Source: the human T2T-CHM13v2.0 reference genome, Homo sapiens
Assembly: GCF_009914755.1 (NCBI RefSeq)
Contig: NC_060944.1
Reading direction: 5' to 3' (one strand)
DNA: 64,000 nucleotides
Part shown: piece by piece, positions 12,001 to 25,496 of the stretch
How the letters are laid out: each line of letters starts with the position of its first letter
How positions within the stretch are numbered: position 1 is the stretch's first letter
The notes under the pieces: generated by a model
The model's database searches: none
The model's input: the letters and a program-made list of their open reading frames with translations, nothing else
Told to the model about the DNA's origin: nothing
Made by a program: the position numbers and the translations under genes

Positions 12001-13937
12001 GAACATTCCCTTTTATAGAGCAGGTTGGAAACACTCTTTCTGCATTCCCTGGAAGTGGACATTTGGAGCGCTTTCAGGACGACGGTGAAAATGGAAATAT
12101 CTTCCAAGAAAATCTAGATAGAAGCAACGTCAGAAACTTTTATGTGATGGATCTACTCAGCTAACAGAGTTGAACCTTTCTTTTGAGAGAGCAGTTTTGC
12201 AACACTCTTTTTGTGGAATATGCAAGTGGATATTAGGGCAGCTTTGAGGATTTCGTTGGAAACGGGAATACATGTAAAAAGCAGACAGCAGCATTCTCAG
12301 AAACTTCTTTGTGATGTTTGCATTGAAGTCACAGAGTTGAACATTCCCTTTGAGAGAGCAGGTTTGAAACACGCCTTTTGTCATATCTGGAAGTGTCCAT
12401 TCGGAGCGCATTCAGGCTTGTGTTGAAAAAGGAAATATCCTCCCATAAAAACTAGACAGAAGCATTCTCAGAAACTTATCTGTGATGTATGTACTCAACT
12501 AACAGAACTAAACCATCGTTTTGAAGGAGCAGTTTTGAAACACTCTTTTTGCGGAATCTGCAAGTGGATATTTGGCTAGCTAGGAGGATTTCGTTGGAAA
12601 CGGGATTACATACAAAAAGCAGACAGCAGCATTCTCAGAAACTTCTTTGTGATGTTTGCATTCAAGTCACAGAGTTGAACATTCCCTTTCATAGAGCAGG
12701 TTTGAAACACTCTTTTTGTAGTATCTGGATGTGGACATTTGGATCGCTATCAGGCCTATGGTGAAAACGGAAATATCTTCCCATGAAAACTAGACAGAAG
12801 CATTCTCAGAAACTTATTTGTGATGTGTGCCCTCAACTGACAGTGTTGAACCTTTGTTTTGATAGAGCAGTTCTGAAACACACTTTTTGTAAAATCTGCA
12901 AGAGGATATTTGGATAGCTTTGAGGATTTCGTTGGAAACGGGAATGTCTTCATGTAAACTCTAGACAGAAGCATTCTCAGAAACTGCTTTGGGATGTTTC
13001 AATTGAAGTCCCAGTGTTGAACATTCCCTTTCATAGAGCAGGTTTGAAACACTCTTTTTGTACTATCTGGAAGTGGACATTTGGAGCGCTTTCAGGTCTA
13101 CGGTGAAAAAGGAGATATCTTCCAATAAAAACTAGATAGAAGCAATGTCAGAACTTTTTTCATGATATATCTACTCAGCAAACAGAGTTGAACCTTTCTT
13201 TTGAGAGAGCAGTTTTGAAACACTCTTTTTGTGGAATATGCAAGTGGGTATTAGGCCAGCTTGGAGGATTTCGTTGGAAACGGGAATACGTATAAAAAGC
13301 AGACAGCAGCATTGTCAGAAACTACTTTGTGATGTTTGCATTCAAGTCACAGAATTGAACACTCCCTTTCACAGAGCAGGTTTGAAACACTCTTTTTGTA
13401 GTGTCTGTAAGTGAACATTTGGATTGCTTTCAGGCCTAAGGTGAAAAAGGAAATATCTTCCCATAAAAACTAGACAGAAGCATTCTCAGAAACTTGTTTG
13501 TGATGTGTGCCCTCTACTGACAGAGTTGAACCTTTCTTTGCAAAGAGCAGTTTTGAAACACTCTTTTTGTAGAATCTGCAAGAGGATATTTGGATAGCTT
13601 TGAGGATTTCCTGGGAAACGGGAATGTCTTCAGATAAACTCTAGACAGAAGCATTCTCAGAAACTTCTTTGGGATGTTTCAATTGAAGTCACAGTGTTGA
13701 ACATTCCCTTTCACAGAGCAGGTTTGGAACACTCTTTTTGTAGTGTCTATAAGTGAACATTTGACGTGCTTTCAGGCCTAACGTGAAAAAGGAAATATCT
13801 TCCCATAAAAACTAGACAGAAGCATTCTCAGAAACTTGTTCTTGATGTGTCCCCTCTACTGACAGAGTTGAACCTTTCTTTGCAAAGAGCAGCTTTGAAA
13901 CACTCTTTTTGTAGAATCTGCAAGAGGATATTTGGAT
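3062..13937 (+). repeat. HOR units 2-5: four canonical 16-mers (2719 bp each; starts 3062, 5781, 8500, 11219)
   Basis: Equivalent ORFs at 3389, 6108, 8827, 11546 and 14265 are exactly 2719 bp apart. Confidence 0.95.
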
Positions 13938-16900
13938 AGCTTGGAGGATTTCGTTGGAAACGGGTATGTCTTCAGATAAACTCTAGACAGAAGCATTCTC
14001 AGAAACTTCTTTGGGATGTTGCATTCAAGTCACAGAGTAGAACATTCCCATTCATAGAGCAGATTTGAAACACTCTTTTTGTAGTATCTGGAAGTGGACA
14101 TTTGGAGCGCTTTCAGGCCTATGTTGAAAAAGGAAATATCTTCCCATAAAAACTAGACGGAAGCATTCTCAGAAACTTATTTGTGATGTGTTTGCTCAAC
14201 TAACAGGATTGAACCATCGTTTTGAAGGAGCAGTTTTGAAACACTGTTTTCGTGGAATCTGCAAGTGGATATTTGGCTAGCTTTGAGGATTTCGTTGGAA
14301 ACGGGATTTCATATAAAAAGGAGACAGCAGCATTCTCAGAAACTTCTTTGTGATGTCTGCATTCAATTCACAGAGTTGAGCATTCCCTTTCATAGAGCAG
14401 GTTGGAAACACTCTTTTTGTAGTATCTGGATGAGGACATTTGGAGCGCTTTCAGGCGTATGGTGAAAAAGGAAATATCTTCCCGTAAAAACTAGACAGAA
14501 GCATTCTCAGAAGTTTATTTGTGATGTGTGCCCTCAACTAACAGAGTTGAACCTTTCTTTTGATAGAGCAGTTTTGAAACACTCTTTTTGTAAAATCTGC
14601 AAGAGGATATTTGGATAGCTTTGAGGATTTCGTTGCAAACGGGAATGGTTTCATATAAACTCTAGACAGAAGCATTCTCAGAAACTTCGTTGGGATGTTT
14701 CGATTGAAGTCCCAGTGTTGAACATTCCCTTTTATAGAGCAGGTTGGAAACACTCTTTCTGCATTCCCTGGAAGTGGACATTTGGAGCGCTTTCAGGACG
14801 ACGGTGAAAATGGAAATATCTTCCAAGAAAATCTAGATAGAAGCAACGTCAGAAACTTTTATGTGATGGATCTACTCAGCTAACAGAGTTGAACCTTTCT
14901 TTTGAGAGAGCAGTTTTGCAACACTCTTTTTGTGGAATATGCAAGTGGATATTAGGGCAGCTTTGAGGATTTCGTTGGAAACGGGAATACATGTAAAAAG
15001 CAGACAGCAGCATTCTCAGAAACTTCTTTGTGATGTTTGCATTGAAGTCACAGAGTTGAACATTCCCTTTGAGAGAGCAGGTTTGAAACACGCCTTTTGT
15101 CATATCTGGAAGTGTCCATTCGGAGCGCATTCAGGCTTGTGTTGAAAAAGGAAATATCCTCCCATAAAAACTAGACAGAAGCATTCTCAGAAACTTATCT
15201 GTGATGTATGTACTCAACTAACAGAACTAAACCATCGTTTTGAAGGAGCAGTTTTGAAACACTCTTTTTGCGGAATCTGCAAGTGGATATTTGGCTAGCT
15301 GGGAGGATTTCGTTGGAAACGGGAGTACATACAAAAAGCAGAGAGCAGCATTCTCAGAAACTTCTTTGTGATGTTTGCATTCAAGTCACAGAGTTGAACA
15401 TTCCCTTTCATAGAGCAGGTTTGAAACACTCTTTTTGTAGTATCTGGATGTGGACATTTGGATCGCTTTCAGGCCTATGGTGAAAAAGGAAATATCTTCC
15501 CATGAAAACTAGACAGAAGCATTCTCAGAAACTTATTTGTGATGTGTGCCCTCAACTGACAGTGTTGAACCTTTGTTTTGATAGAGCAGTTCTGAAACAC
15601 ACTTTTTGTAAAATCTGCAAGAGGATATTTGGATAGCTTTGAGGATTTCGTTGGAAACGGGAATGTCTTCATGTAAACTCTGGACAGAAGCATTCTCAGA
15701 AACTGCTTTGGGATGTTTCAATTGAAGTCCCAGTGTTGAACATTCCCTTTCATAGAGCAGGTTTGAAACACTCTTTTTGTACTATCTGGAAGTGGACATT
15801 TGGAGCGCTTTCAGGTCTACGGTGAAAAAGGAGATATCTTCCAATAAAAACTAGATAGAAGCAATGTCAGAACTTTTTTCATGATGTATCTACTCAGCAA
15901 ACAGAGTTGAACCTTTCTTTTGAGAGAGCAGTTTTGAAACACTCTTTTTGTGGAATATGCAAGTGGGTATTAGGCCAGCTTGGAGGATTTCGTTGGAAAC
16001 GGGAATACGTATAAAAAGCAGACAGCAGCATTGTCAGAAACTACTTTGTGATGTTTGCATTCAAGTCACAGAATTGAACACTCCCTTTCACAGAGCAGGT
16101 TTGAAACACTCTTTTTGTAGTGTCTGTAAGTGAACATTTGGATTGCTTTCAGGCCTAAGGTGAAAAAGGAAATATCTTCCCATAAAAACTAGACAGAAGC
16201 ATTCTCAGAAACTTGTTTGTGATGTGTGCCCTCTACTGACAGAGTTGAACCTTTCTTTGCAAAGAGCAGTTTTGAAACACTCTTTTTGTAGAATCTGCAA
16301 GAGGATATTTGGATAGCTTTGAGGATTTCTTGGGAAACGGGAATGTCTTCAGATAAACTCTAGACAGAAGCATTCTCAGAAACTTCTTTGGGATGTTTCA
16401 ATTGAAGTCACAGTGTTGTACATTCCCTTTCACAGAGCAGGTTTGAAACACTCTTTTTGTAGTGTCTATAAGTGAACATTTGGCGTGCTTTCAGGCCTAA
16501 CGTGAAAAAGGAAATATCTTCCCATAAAAACTAGACAGAAGCATTCTCAGAAACTTGTTCTTGATGTGTGCCCTCTACTGACAGAGTTGAACCTTTCTTT
16601 GCAAAGAGCAGCTTTGAAACACTCTTTTTGTAGAATCTGCAAGAGGATATTTGGATAGCTTTGAGGATTTCTTGGGAAACGGGAATGTCTTCAGATAAAC
16701 TCTAGACAGAAGCATTCTCAGAAACTTCTTTGGGATGTTTCAATTGAAGTCACAGTGTTGAACATTCCCTTTCACAGAGCAGGTTTGGAACACTCTTTTT
16801 GTAGTGTCTATAAGTGAACATTTGGCGTGCTTTCAGGCCTAACGTGAAAAAGGAAATATCTTCCCATAAAAACTAGACAGAAGCATTCTCAGAAACTTGT

Positions 16901-16998
16901 TCTTGATGTGTCCCCTCTACTGACAGAGTTGAACCTTTCTTTGCAAAGAGCAGCTTTGAAACACTCTTTTTGTAGAATCTGCAAGAGGATATTTGGAT
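13938..16998 (+). repeat. HOR unit 6: 18-monomer variant (3061 bp)
   Basis: ORF spacing 14265 to 17326 = 3061; duplicated dimer with the same gtgttgtacattccc marker (T at 16419) as unit 1. Confidence 0.95.
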
Positions 16999-19900
16999 AG
17001 CTTGGAGGATTTCGTTGGAAACGGGTATGTCTTCAGATAAACTCTAGACAGAAGCATTCTCAGAAACTTCTTTGGGATGTTGCATTCAAGTCACAGAGTA
17101 GAACATTCCCATTCATAGAGCAGATTTGAAACACTCTTTTTGTAGTATCTGGAAGTGGACATTTGGAGCGCTTTCAGGCCTATGTTGAAAAAGGAAATAT
17201 CTTCCCATAAAAACTAGACGGAAGCATTCTCAGAAACTTATTTGTGATGTGTTTGCTCAACTAACAGGATTGAACCATCGTTTTGAAGGAGCAGTTTTGA
17301 AACACTGTTTTCGTGGAATCTGCAAGTGGATATTTGGCTAGCTTTGAGGATTTCGTTGGAAACGGGATTACATATAAAAAGGAGACAGCAGCATTCTCAG
17401 AAACTTCTTTGTGATGTCTGCATTCAATTCACAGAGTTGAGCATTCCCTTTCATAGAGCAGGTTGGAAACACTCTTTTTGTAGTATCTGGATGAGGACAT
17501 TTGGAGCGCTTTCAGGCGTATGGTGAAAAAGGAAATATCTTCCCGTAAAAACTAGACAGAAGCATTCTCAGAAGTTTATTTGTGATGTGTGCCCTCAACT
17601 AACAGAGTTGAACCTTTCTTTTGATAGAGCAGTTTTGAAACACTCTTTTTGTAAAATCTGCAAGAGGATATTTGGATAGCTTTGAGGATTTCGTTGCAAA
17701 CGGGAATGGCTTCATATAAACTCTAGACAGAAGCATTCTCAGAAACTTCGTTGGGATGTTTCGATTGAAGTCCCAGTGTTGAACATTCCCTTTTATAGAG
17801 CAGGTTGGAAACACTCTTTCTGCATTCCCTGGAAGTGGACATTTGGAGCGCTTTCAGGACGACGGTGAAAATGGAAATATCTTCCAAGAAAATCTAGATA
17901 GAAGCAACGTCAGAAACTTTTATGTGATGGATCTACTCAGCTAACAGAGTTGAACCTTTCTTTTGAGAGAGCAGTTTTGCAACACTCTTTTTGTGGAATA
18001 TGCAAGTGGATATTAGGGCAGCTTTGAGGATTTCGTTGGAAACGGGAATACATGTAAAAAGCAGACAGCAGCATTCTCAGAAACTTCTTTGTGATGTTTG
18101 CATTGAAGTCACAGAGTTGAACATTCCCTTTGAGAGAGCAGGTTTGAAACACGCCTTTTGTCATATCTGGAAGTGTCCATTCGGAGCGCATTCAGGCTTG
18201 TGTTGAAAAAGGAAATATCCTCCCATAAAAACTAGACAGAAGCATTCTCAGAAACTTATCTGTGATGTATGTACTCAACTAACAGAACTAAACCATCGTT
18301 TTGAAGGAGCAGTTTTGAAACACTCTTTTTGCGGAATCTGCAAGTGGATATTTGGCTAGCTGGGAGGATTTCGTTGGAAACGGGAGTACATACAAAAAGC
18401 AGAGAGCAGCATTCTCAGAAACTTCTTTGTGATGTTTGCATTCAAGTCACAGAGTTGAACATTCCCTTTCATAGAGCAGGTTTGAAACACTCTTTTTGTA
18501 GTATCTGGATGTGGACATTTGGATCGCTTTCAGGCCTATGGTGAAAAAGGAAATATCTTCCCATGAAAACTAGACAGAAGCATTCTCAGAAACTTATTTG
18601 TGATGTGTGCCCTCAACTGACAGTGTTGAACCTTTGTTTTGATAGAGCAGTTCTGAAACACACTTTTTGTAAAATCTGCAAGAGGATATTTGGATAGCTT
18701 TGAGGATTTCGTTGGAAACGGGAATGTCTTCATGTAAACTCTGGACAGAAGCATTCTCAGAAACTGCTTTGGGATGTTTCAATTGAAGTCCCAGTGTTGA
18801 ACATTCCCTTTCATAGAGCAGGTTTGAAACACTCTTTTTGTACTATCTGGAAGTGGACATTTGGAGCGCTTTCAGGTCTACGGTGAAAAAGGAGATATCT
18901 TCCAATAAAAACTAGATAGAAGCAATGTCAGAACTTTTTTCATGATGTATCTACTGAGCAAACAGAGTTGAACCTTTCTTTTGAGAGAGCAGTTTTGAAA
19001 CACTCTTTTTGTGGAATATGCAAGTGGGTATTAGGCCAGCTTGGAGGATTTCGTTGGAAACGGGAATACGTATAAAAAGCAGACAGCAGCATTGTCAGAA
19101 ACTACTTTGTGATGTTTGCATTCAAGTCACAGAATTGAACACTCCCTTTCACAGAGCAGGTTTGAAACACTCTTTTTGTAGTGTCTGTAAGTGAACATTT
19201 GGATTGCTTTCAGGCCTAAGGTGAAAAAGGAAATATCTTCCCATAAAAACTAGACAGAAGCATTCTCAGAAACTTGTTTGTGATGTGTGCCCTCTACTGA
19301 CAGAGTTGAACCTTTCTTTGCAAAGAGCAGTTTTGAAACACTCTTTTTGTAGAATCTGCAAGAGGATATTTGGATAGCTTTGAGGATTTCCTGGGAAACG
19401 GGAATGTCTTCAGATAAACTCTAGACAGAAGCATTCTCAGAAACTTCTTTGGGATGTTTCAATTGAAGTCACAGTGTTGAACATTCCCTTTCACAGAGCA
19501 GGTTTGAAACACTCTTTTTGTAGTGTCTATAAGTGAACATTTGGCGTGCTTTCAGGCCTAACGTGAAAAAGGAAATATCTTCCCATAAAAACTAGACAGA
19601 AGCATTCTCAGAAACTTGTTCTTGATGTGTCCCCTCTACTGACAGAGTTGAACCTTTCTTTGCAAAGAGCAGCTTTGAAACACTCTTTTTGTAGAATCTG
19701 CAAGAGGATATTTGGATAGCTTGGAGGATTTCGTTGGAAACGGGTATGTCTTCAGATAAACTCTAGACAGAAGCATTCTCAGAAACTTCTTTGGGATGTT
19801 GCATTCAAGTCACAGAGTAGAACATTCCCATTCATAGAGCAGATTTGAAACACTCTTTTTGTAGTATCTGGAAGTGGACATTTGGAGCGCTTTCAGGCCT

Positions 19901-22436
19901 ATGTTGAAAAAGGAAATATCTTCCCATAAAAACTAGACGGAAGCATTCTCAGAAACTTACTTGTGATGTGTTTGCTCAACTAACAGGATTGAACCATCGT
20001 TTTGAAGGAGCAGTTTTGAAACACTGTTTTCGTGGAATCTGCAAGTGGATATTTGGCTAGCTTTGAGGATTTCGTTGGAAACGGGATTACATATAAAAAG
20101 GAGACAGCAGCATTCTCAGAAACTTCTTTGTGATGTCTGCATTCAATTCACAGAGTTGAGCATTCCCTTTCATAGAGCAGGTTGGAAACACTCTTTTTGT
20201 AGTATCTGGATGAGGACATTTGGAGCGCTTTCAGGCGTATGGTGAAAAAGGAAATATCTTCCCGTAAAAACTAGACAGAAGCATTCTCAGAAGTTTATTT
20301 GTGATGTGTGCCCTCAACTAACAGAGTTGAACCTTTCTTTTGATAGAGCAGTTTTGAAACACTCTTTTTGTAAAATCTGCAAGAGGATATTTGGATAGCT
20401 TTGAGGATTTCGTTGCAAACGGGAATGGTTTCATATAAACTCTAGACAGAAGCATTCTCAGAAACTTCGTTGGGATGTTTCGATTGAAGTCCCAGTGTTG
20501 AACATTCCCTTTTATAGAGCAGGTTGGAAACACTCTTTCTGCATTCCCTGGAAGTGGACATTTGGAGCGCTTTCAGGACGACGGTGAAAATGGAAATATC
20601 TTCCAAGAAAATCTAGATAGAAGCAACGTCAGAAACTTTTATGTGATGGATCTACTCAGCTAACAGAGTTGAACCTTTCTTTTGAGAGAGCAGTTTTGCA
20701 ACACTCTTTTTGTGGAATATGCAAGTGGATATTAGGGCAGCTTTGAGGATTTCGTTGGAAACGGGAATACATGTAAAAAGCAGACAGCAGCATTCTCAGA
20801 AACTTCTTTGTGATGTTTGCATTGAAGTCACAGAGTTGAACATTCCCTTTGAGAGAGCAGGTTTGAAACACGCCTTTTGTCATATCTGGAAGTGTCCATT
20901 CGGAGCGCATTCAGGCTTGTGTTGAAAAAGGAAATATCCTCCCATAAAAACTAGACAGAAGCATTCTCAGAAACTTATCTGTGATGTATGTACTCAACTA
21001 ACAGAACTAAACCATCGTTTTGAAGGAGCAGTTTTGAAACACTCTTTTTGCGGAATCTGCAAGTGGATATTTGGCTAGCTAGGAGGATTTCGTTGGAAAC
21101 GGGATTACATACAAAAAGCAGACAGCAGCATTCTCAGAAACTTCTTTGTGATGTTTGCATTCAAGTCACAGAGTTGAACATTCCCTTTCATAGAGCAGGT
21201 TTGAAACACTCTTTTTGTAGTATCTGGATGTGGACATTTGGATCGCTATCAGGCCTATGGTGAAAACGGAAATATCTTCCCATGAAAACTAGACAGAAGC
21301 ATTCTCAGAAACTTATTTGTGATGTGTGCCCTCAACTGACAGTGTTGAACCTTTGTTTTGATAGAGCAGTTCTGAAACACACTTTTTGTAAAATCTGCAA
21401 GAGGATATTTGGATAGCTTTGAGGATTTCGTTGGAAACGGGAATGTCTTCATGTAAACTCTAGACAGAAGCATTCTCAGAAACTGCTTTGGGATGTTTCA
21501 ATTGAAGTCCCAGTGTTGAACATTCCCTTTCATAGAGCAGGTTTGAAACACTCTTTTTGTACTATCTGGAAGTGGACATTTGGAGCGCTTTCAGGTCTAC
21601 GGTGAAAAAGGAGATATCTTCCAATAAAAACTAGATAGAAGCAATGTCAGAACTTTTTTCATGATATATCTACTCAGCAAACAGAGTTGAACCTTTCTTT
21701 TGAGAGAGCAGTTTTGAAACACTCTTTTTGTGGAATATGCAAGTGGGTATTAGGCCAGCTTGGAGGATTTCGTTGGAAACGGGAATACGTATAAAAAGCA
21801 GACAGCAGCATTGTCAGAAACTACTTTGTGATGTTTGCATTCAAGTCACAGAATTGAACACTCCCTTTCACAGAGCAGGTTTGAAACACTCTTTTTGTAG
21901 TGTCTGTAAGTGAACATTTGGATTGCTTTCAGGCCTAAGGTGAAAAAGGAAATATCTTCCCATAAAAACTAGACAGAAGCATTCTCAGAAACTTGTTTGT
22001 GATGTGTGCCCTCTACTGACAGAGTTGAACCTTTCTTTGCAAAGAGCAGTTTTGAAACACTCTTTTTGTAGAATCTGCAAGAGGATATTTGGATAGCTTT
22101 GAGGATTTCCTGGGAAACGGGAATGTCTTCAGATAAACTCTAGACAGAAGCATTCTCAGAAACTTCTTTGGGATGTTTCAATTGAAGTCACAGTGTTGAA
22201 CATTCCCTTTCACAGAGCAGGTTTGGAACACTCTTTTTGTAGTGTCTATAAGTGAACATTTGGCGTGCTTTCAGGCCTAACGTGAAAAAGGAAATATCTT
22301 CCCATAAAAACTAGACAGAAGCATTCTCAGAAACTTGTTCTTGATGTGTCCCCTCTACTGACAGAGTTGAACCTTTCTTTGCAAAGAGCAGCTTTGAAAC
22401 ACTCTTTTTGTAGAATCTGCAAGAGGATATTTGGAT
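16999..22436 (+). repeat. HOR units 7-8: two canonical 16-mers
   Basis: ORF spacing 17326, 20045, 22764 = 2719 each. Confidence 0.95.
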
Positions 22437-25400
22437 AGCTTGGAGGATTTCGTTGGAAACGGGTATGTCTTCAGATAAACTCTAGACAGAAGCATTCTCA
22501 GAAACTTCTTTGGGATGTTGCATTCAAGTCACAGAGTAGAACATTCCCATTCATAGAGCAGATTTGAAACACTCTTTTTGTAGTATCTGGAAGTGGACAT
22601 TTGGAGCGCTTTCAGGCCTATGTTGAAAAAGGAAATATCTTCCCATAAAAACTAGACGGAAGCATTCTCAGAAACTTATTTGTGATGTGTTTGCTCAACT
22701 AACAGGATTGAACCATCGTTTTGAAGGAGCAGTTTTGAAACACTGTTTTCGTGGAATCTGCAAGTGGATATTTGGCTAGCTTTGAGGATTTCGTTGGAAA
22801 CGGGATTACATATAAAAAGGAGACAGCAGCATTCTCAGAAACTTCTTTGTGATGTCTGCATTCAATTCACAGAGTTGAGCATTCCCTTTCATAGAGCAGG
22901 TTGGAAACACTCTTTTTGTAGTATCTGGATGAGGACATTTGGAGCGCTTTCAGGCGTATGGTGAAAAAGGAAATATCTTCCCGTAAAAACTAGACAGAAG
23001 CATTCTCAGAAGTTTATTTGTGATGTGTGCCCTCAACTAACAGAGTTGAACCTTTCTTTTGATAGAGCAGTTTTGAAACACTCTTTTTGTAAAATCTGCA
23101 AGAGGATATTTGGATAGCTTTGAGGATTTCGTTGCAAACGGGAATGGTTTCATATAAACTCTAGACAGAAGCATTCTCAGAAACTTCGTTGGGATGTTTC
23201 GATTGAAGTCCCAGTGTTGAACATTCCCTTTTATAGAGCAGGTTGGAAACACTCTTTCTGCATTCCCTGGAAGTGGACATTTGGAGCGCTTTCAGGACGA
23301 CGGTGAAAATGGAAATATCTTCCAAGAAAATCTAGATAGAAGCAACGTCAGAAACTTTTATGTGATGGATCTACTCAGCTAACAGAGTTGAACCTTTCTT
23401 TTGAGAGAGCAGTTTTGCAACACTCTTTTTGTGGAATATGCAAGTGGATATTAGGGCAGCTTTGAGGATTTCGTTGGAAACGGGAATACATGTAAAAAGC
23501 AGACAGCAGCATTCTCAGAAACTTCTTTGTGATGTTTGCATTGAAGTCACAGAGTTGAACATTCCCTTTGAGAGAGCAGGTTTGAAACACGCCTTTTGTC
23601 ATATCTGGAAGTGTCCATTCGGAGCGCATTCAGGCTTGTGTTGAAAAAGGAAATATCCTCCCATAAAAACTAGACAGAAGCATTCTCAGAAACTTATCTG
23701 TGATGTATGTACTCAACTAACAGAACTAAACCATCGTTTTGAAGGAGCAGTTTTGAAACACTCTTTATGCGGAATCTGCAAGTGGATATTTGGCTAGCTG
23801 GGAGGATTTCGTTGGAAACGGGAGTACATACAAAAAGCAGAGAGCAGCATTCTCAGAAACTTCTTTGTGATGTTTGCATTCAAGTCACAGAGTTGAACAT
23901 TCCCTTTCATAGAGCAGGTTTGAAACACTCTTTTTGTAGTATCTGGATGTGGACATTTGGATCGCTTTCAGGCCTATGGTGAAAAAGGAAATATCTTCCC
24001 ATGAAAACTAGACAGAAGCATTCTCAGAAACTTATTTGTGATGTGTGCCCTCAACTGACAGTGTTGAACCTTTGTTTTGATAGAGCAGTTCTGAAACACA
24101 CTTTTTGTAAAATCTGCAAGAGGATATTTGGATAGCTTTGAGGATTTCGTTGGAAACGGGAATGTCTTCATGTAAACTCTGGACAGAAGCATTCTCAGAA
24201 ACTGCTTTGGGATGTTTCAATTGAAGTCCCAGTGTTGAACATTCCCTTTCATAGAGCAGGTTTGAAACACTCTTTTTGTACTATCTGGAAGTGGACATTT
24301 GGAGCGCTTTCAGGTCTACGGTGAAAAAGGAGATATCTTCCAATAAAAACTAGATAGAAGCAATGTCAGAACTTTTTTCATGATGTATCTACTCAGCAAA
24401 CAGAGTTGAACCTTTCTTTTGAGAGAGCAGTTTTGAAACACTCTTTTTGTGGAATATGCAAGTGGGTATTAGGCCAGCTTGGAGGATTTCGTTGGAAACG
24501 GGAATACGTATAAAAAGCAGACAGCAGCATTGTCAGAAACTACTTTGTGATGTTTGCATTCAAGTCACAGAATTGAACACTCCCTTTCACAGAGCAGGTT
24601 TGAAACACTCTTTTTGTAGTGTCTGTAAGTGAACATTTGGATTGCTTTCAGGCCTAAGGTGAAAAAGGAAATATCTTCCCATAAAAACTAGACAGAAGCA
24701 TTCTCAGAAACTTGTTTGTGATGTGTGCCCTCTACTGACAGAGTTGAACCTTTCTTTGCAAAGAGCAGTTTTGAAACACTCTTTTTGTAGAATCTGCAAG
24801 AGGATATTTGGATAGCTTTGAGGATTTCTTGGGAAACGGGAATGTCTTCAGATAAACTCTAGACAGAAGCATTCTCAGAAACTTCTTTGGGATGTTTCAA
24901 TTGAAGTCACAGTGTTGTACATTCCCTTTCACAGAGCAGGTTTGAAACACTCTTTTTGTAGTGTCTATAAGTGAACATTTGGCGTGCTTTCAGGCCTAAC
25001 GTGAAAAAGGAAATATCTTCCCATAAAAACTAGACAGAAGCATTCTCAGAAACTTGTTCTTGATGTGTGCCCTCTACTGACAGAGTTGAACCTTTCTTTG
25101 CAAAGAGCAGCTTTGAAACACTCTTTTTGTAGAATCTGCAAGAGGATATTTGGATAGCTTTGAGGATTTCTTGGGAAACGGGAATGTCTTCAGATAAACT
25201 CAAGCAGAAGCATTCTCAGAAACTTCTTTGGGATGTTTCAATTGAAGTCACAGTGTTGAACATTCCCTTTCACAGAGCAGGTTTGGAACACTCTTTTTGT
25301 AGTGTCTATAAGTGAACATTTGGCGTGCTTTCAGGCCTAACGTGAAAAAGGAAATATCTTCCCATAAAAACTAGACAGAAGCATTCTCAGAAACTTGTTC

Positions 25401-25496
25401 TTGATGTGTCCCCTCTACTGACAGAGTTGAACCTTTCTTTGCAAAGAGCAGCTTTGAAACACTCTTTTTGTAGAATCTGCAAGAGGATATTTGGAT
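22437..25496 (+). repeat. HOR unit 9: 18-monomer variant with 1 bp deletion (3060 bp)
   Basis: ORF spacing 22764 to 25824 = 3060; gtac marker at 24918; aaactcaagcagaag replaces aaactctagacagaag near 25201. Confidence 0.93.
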
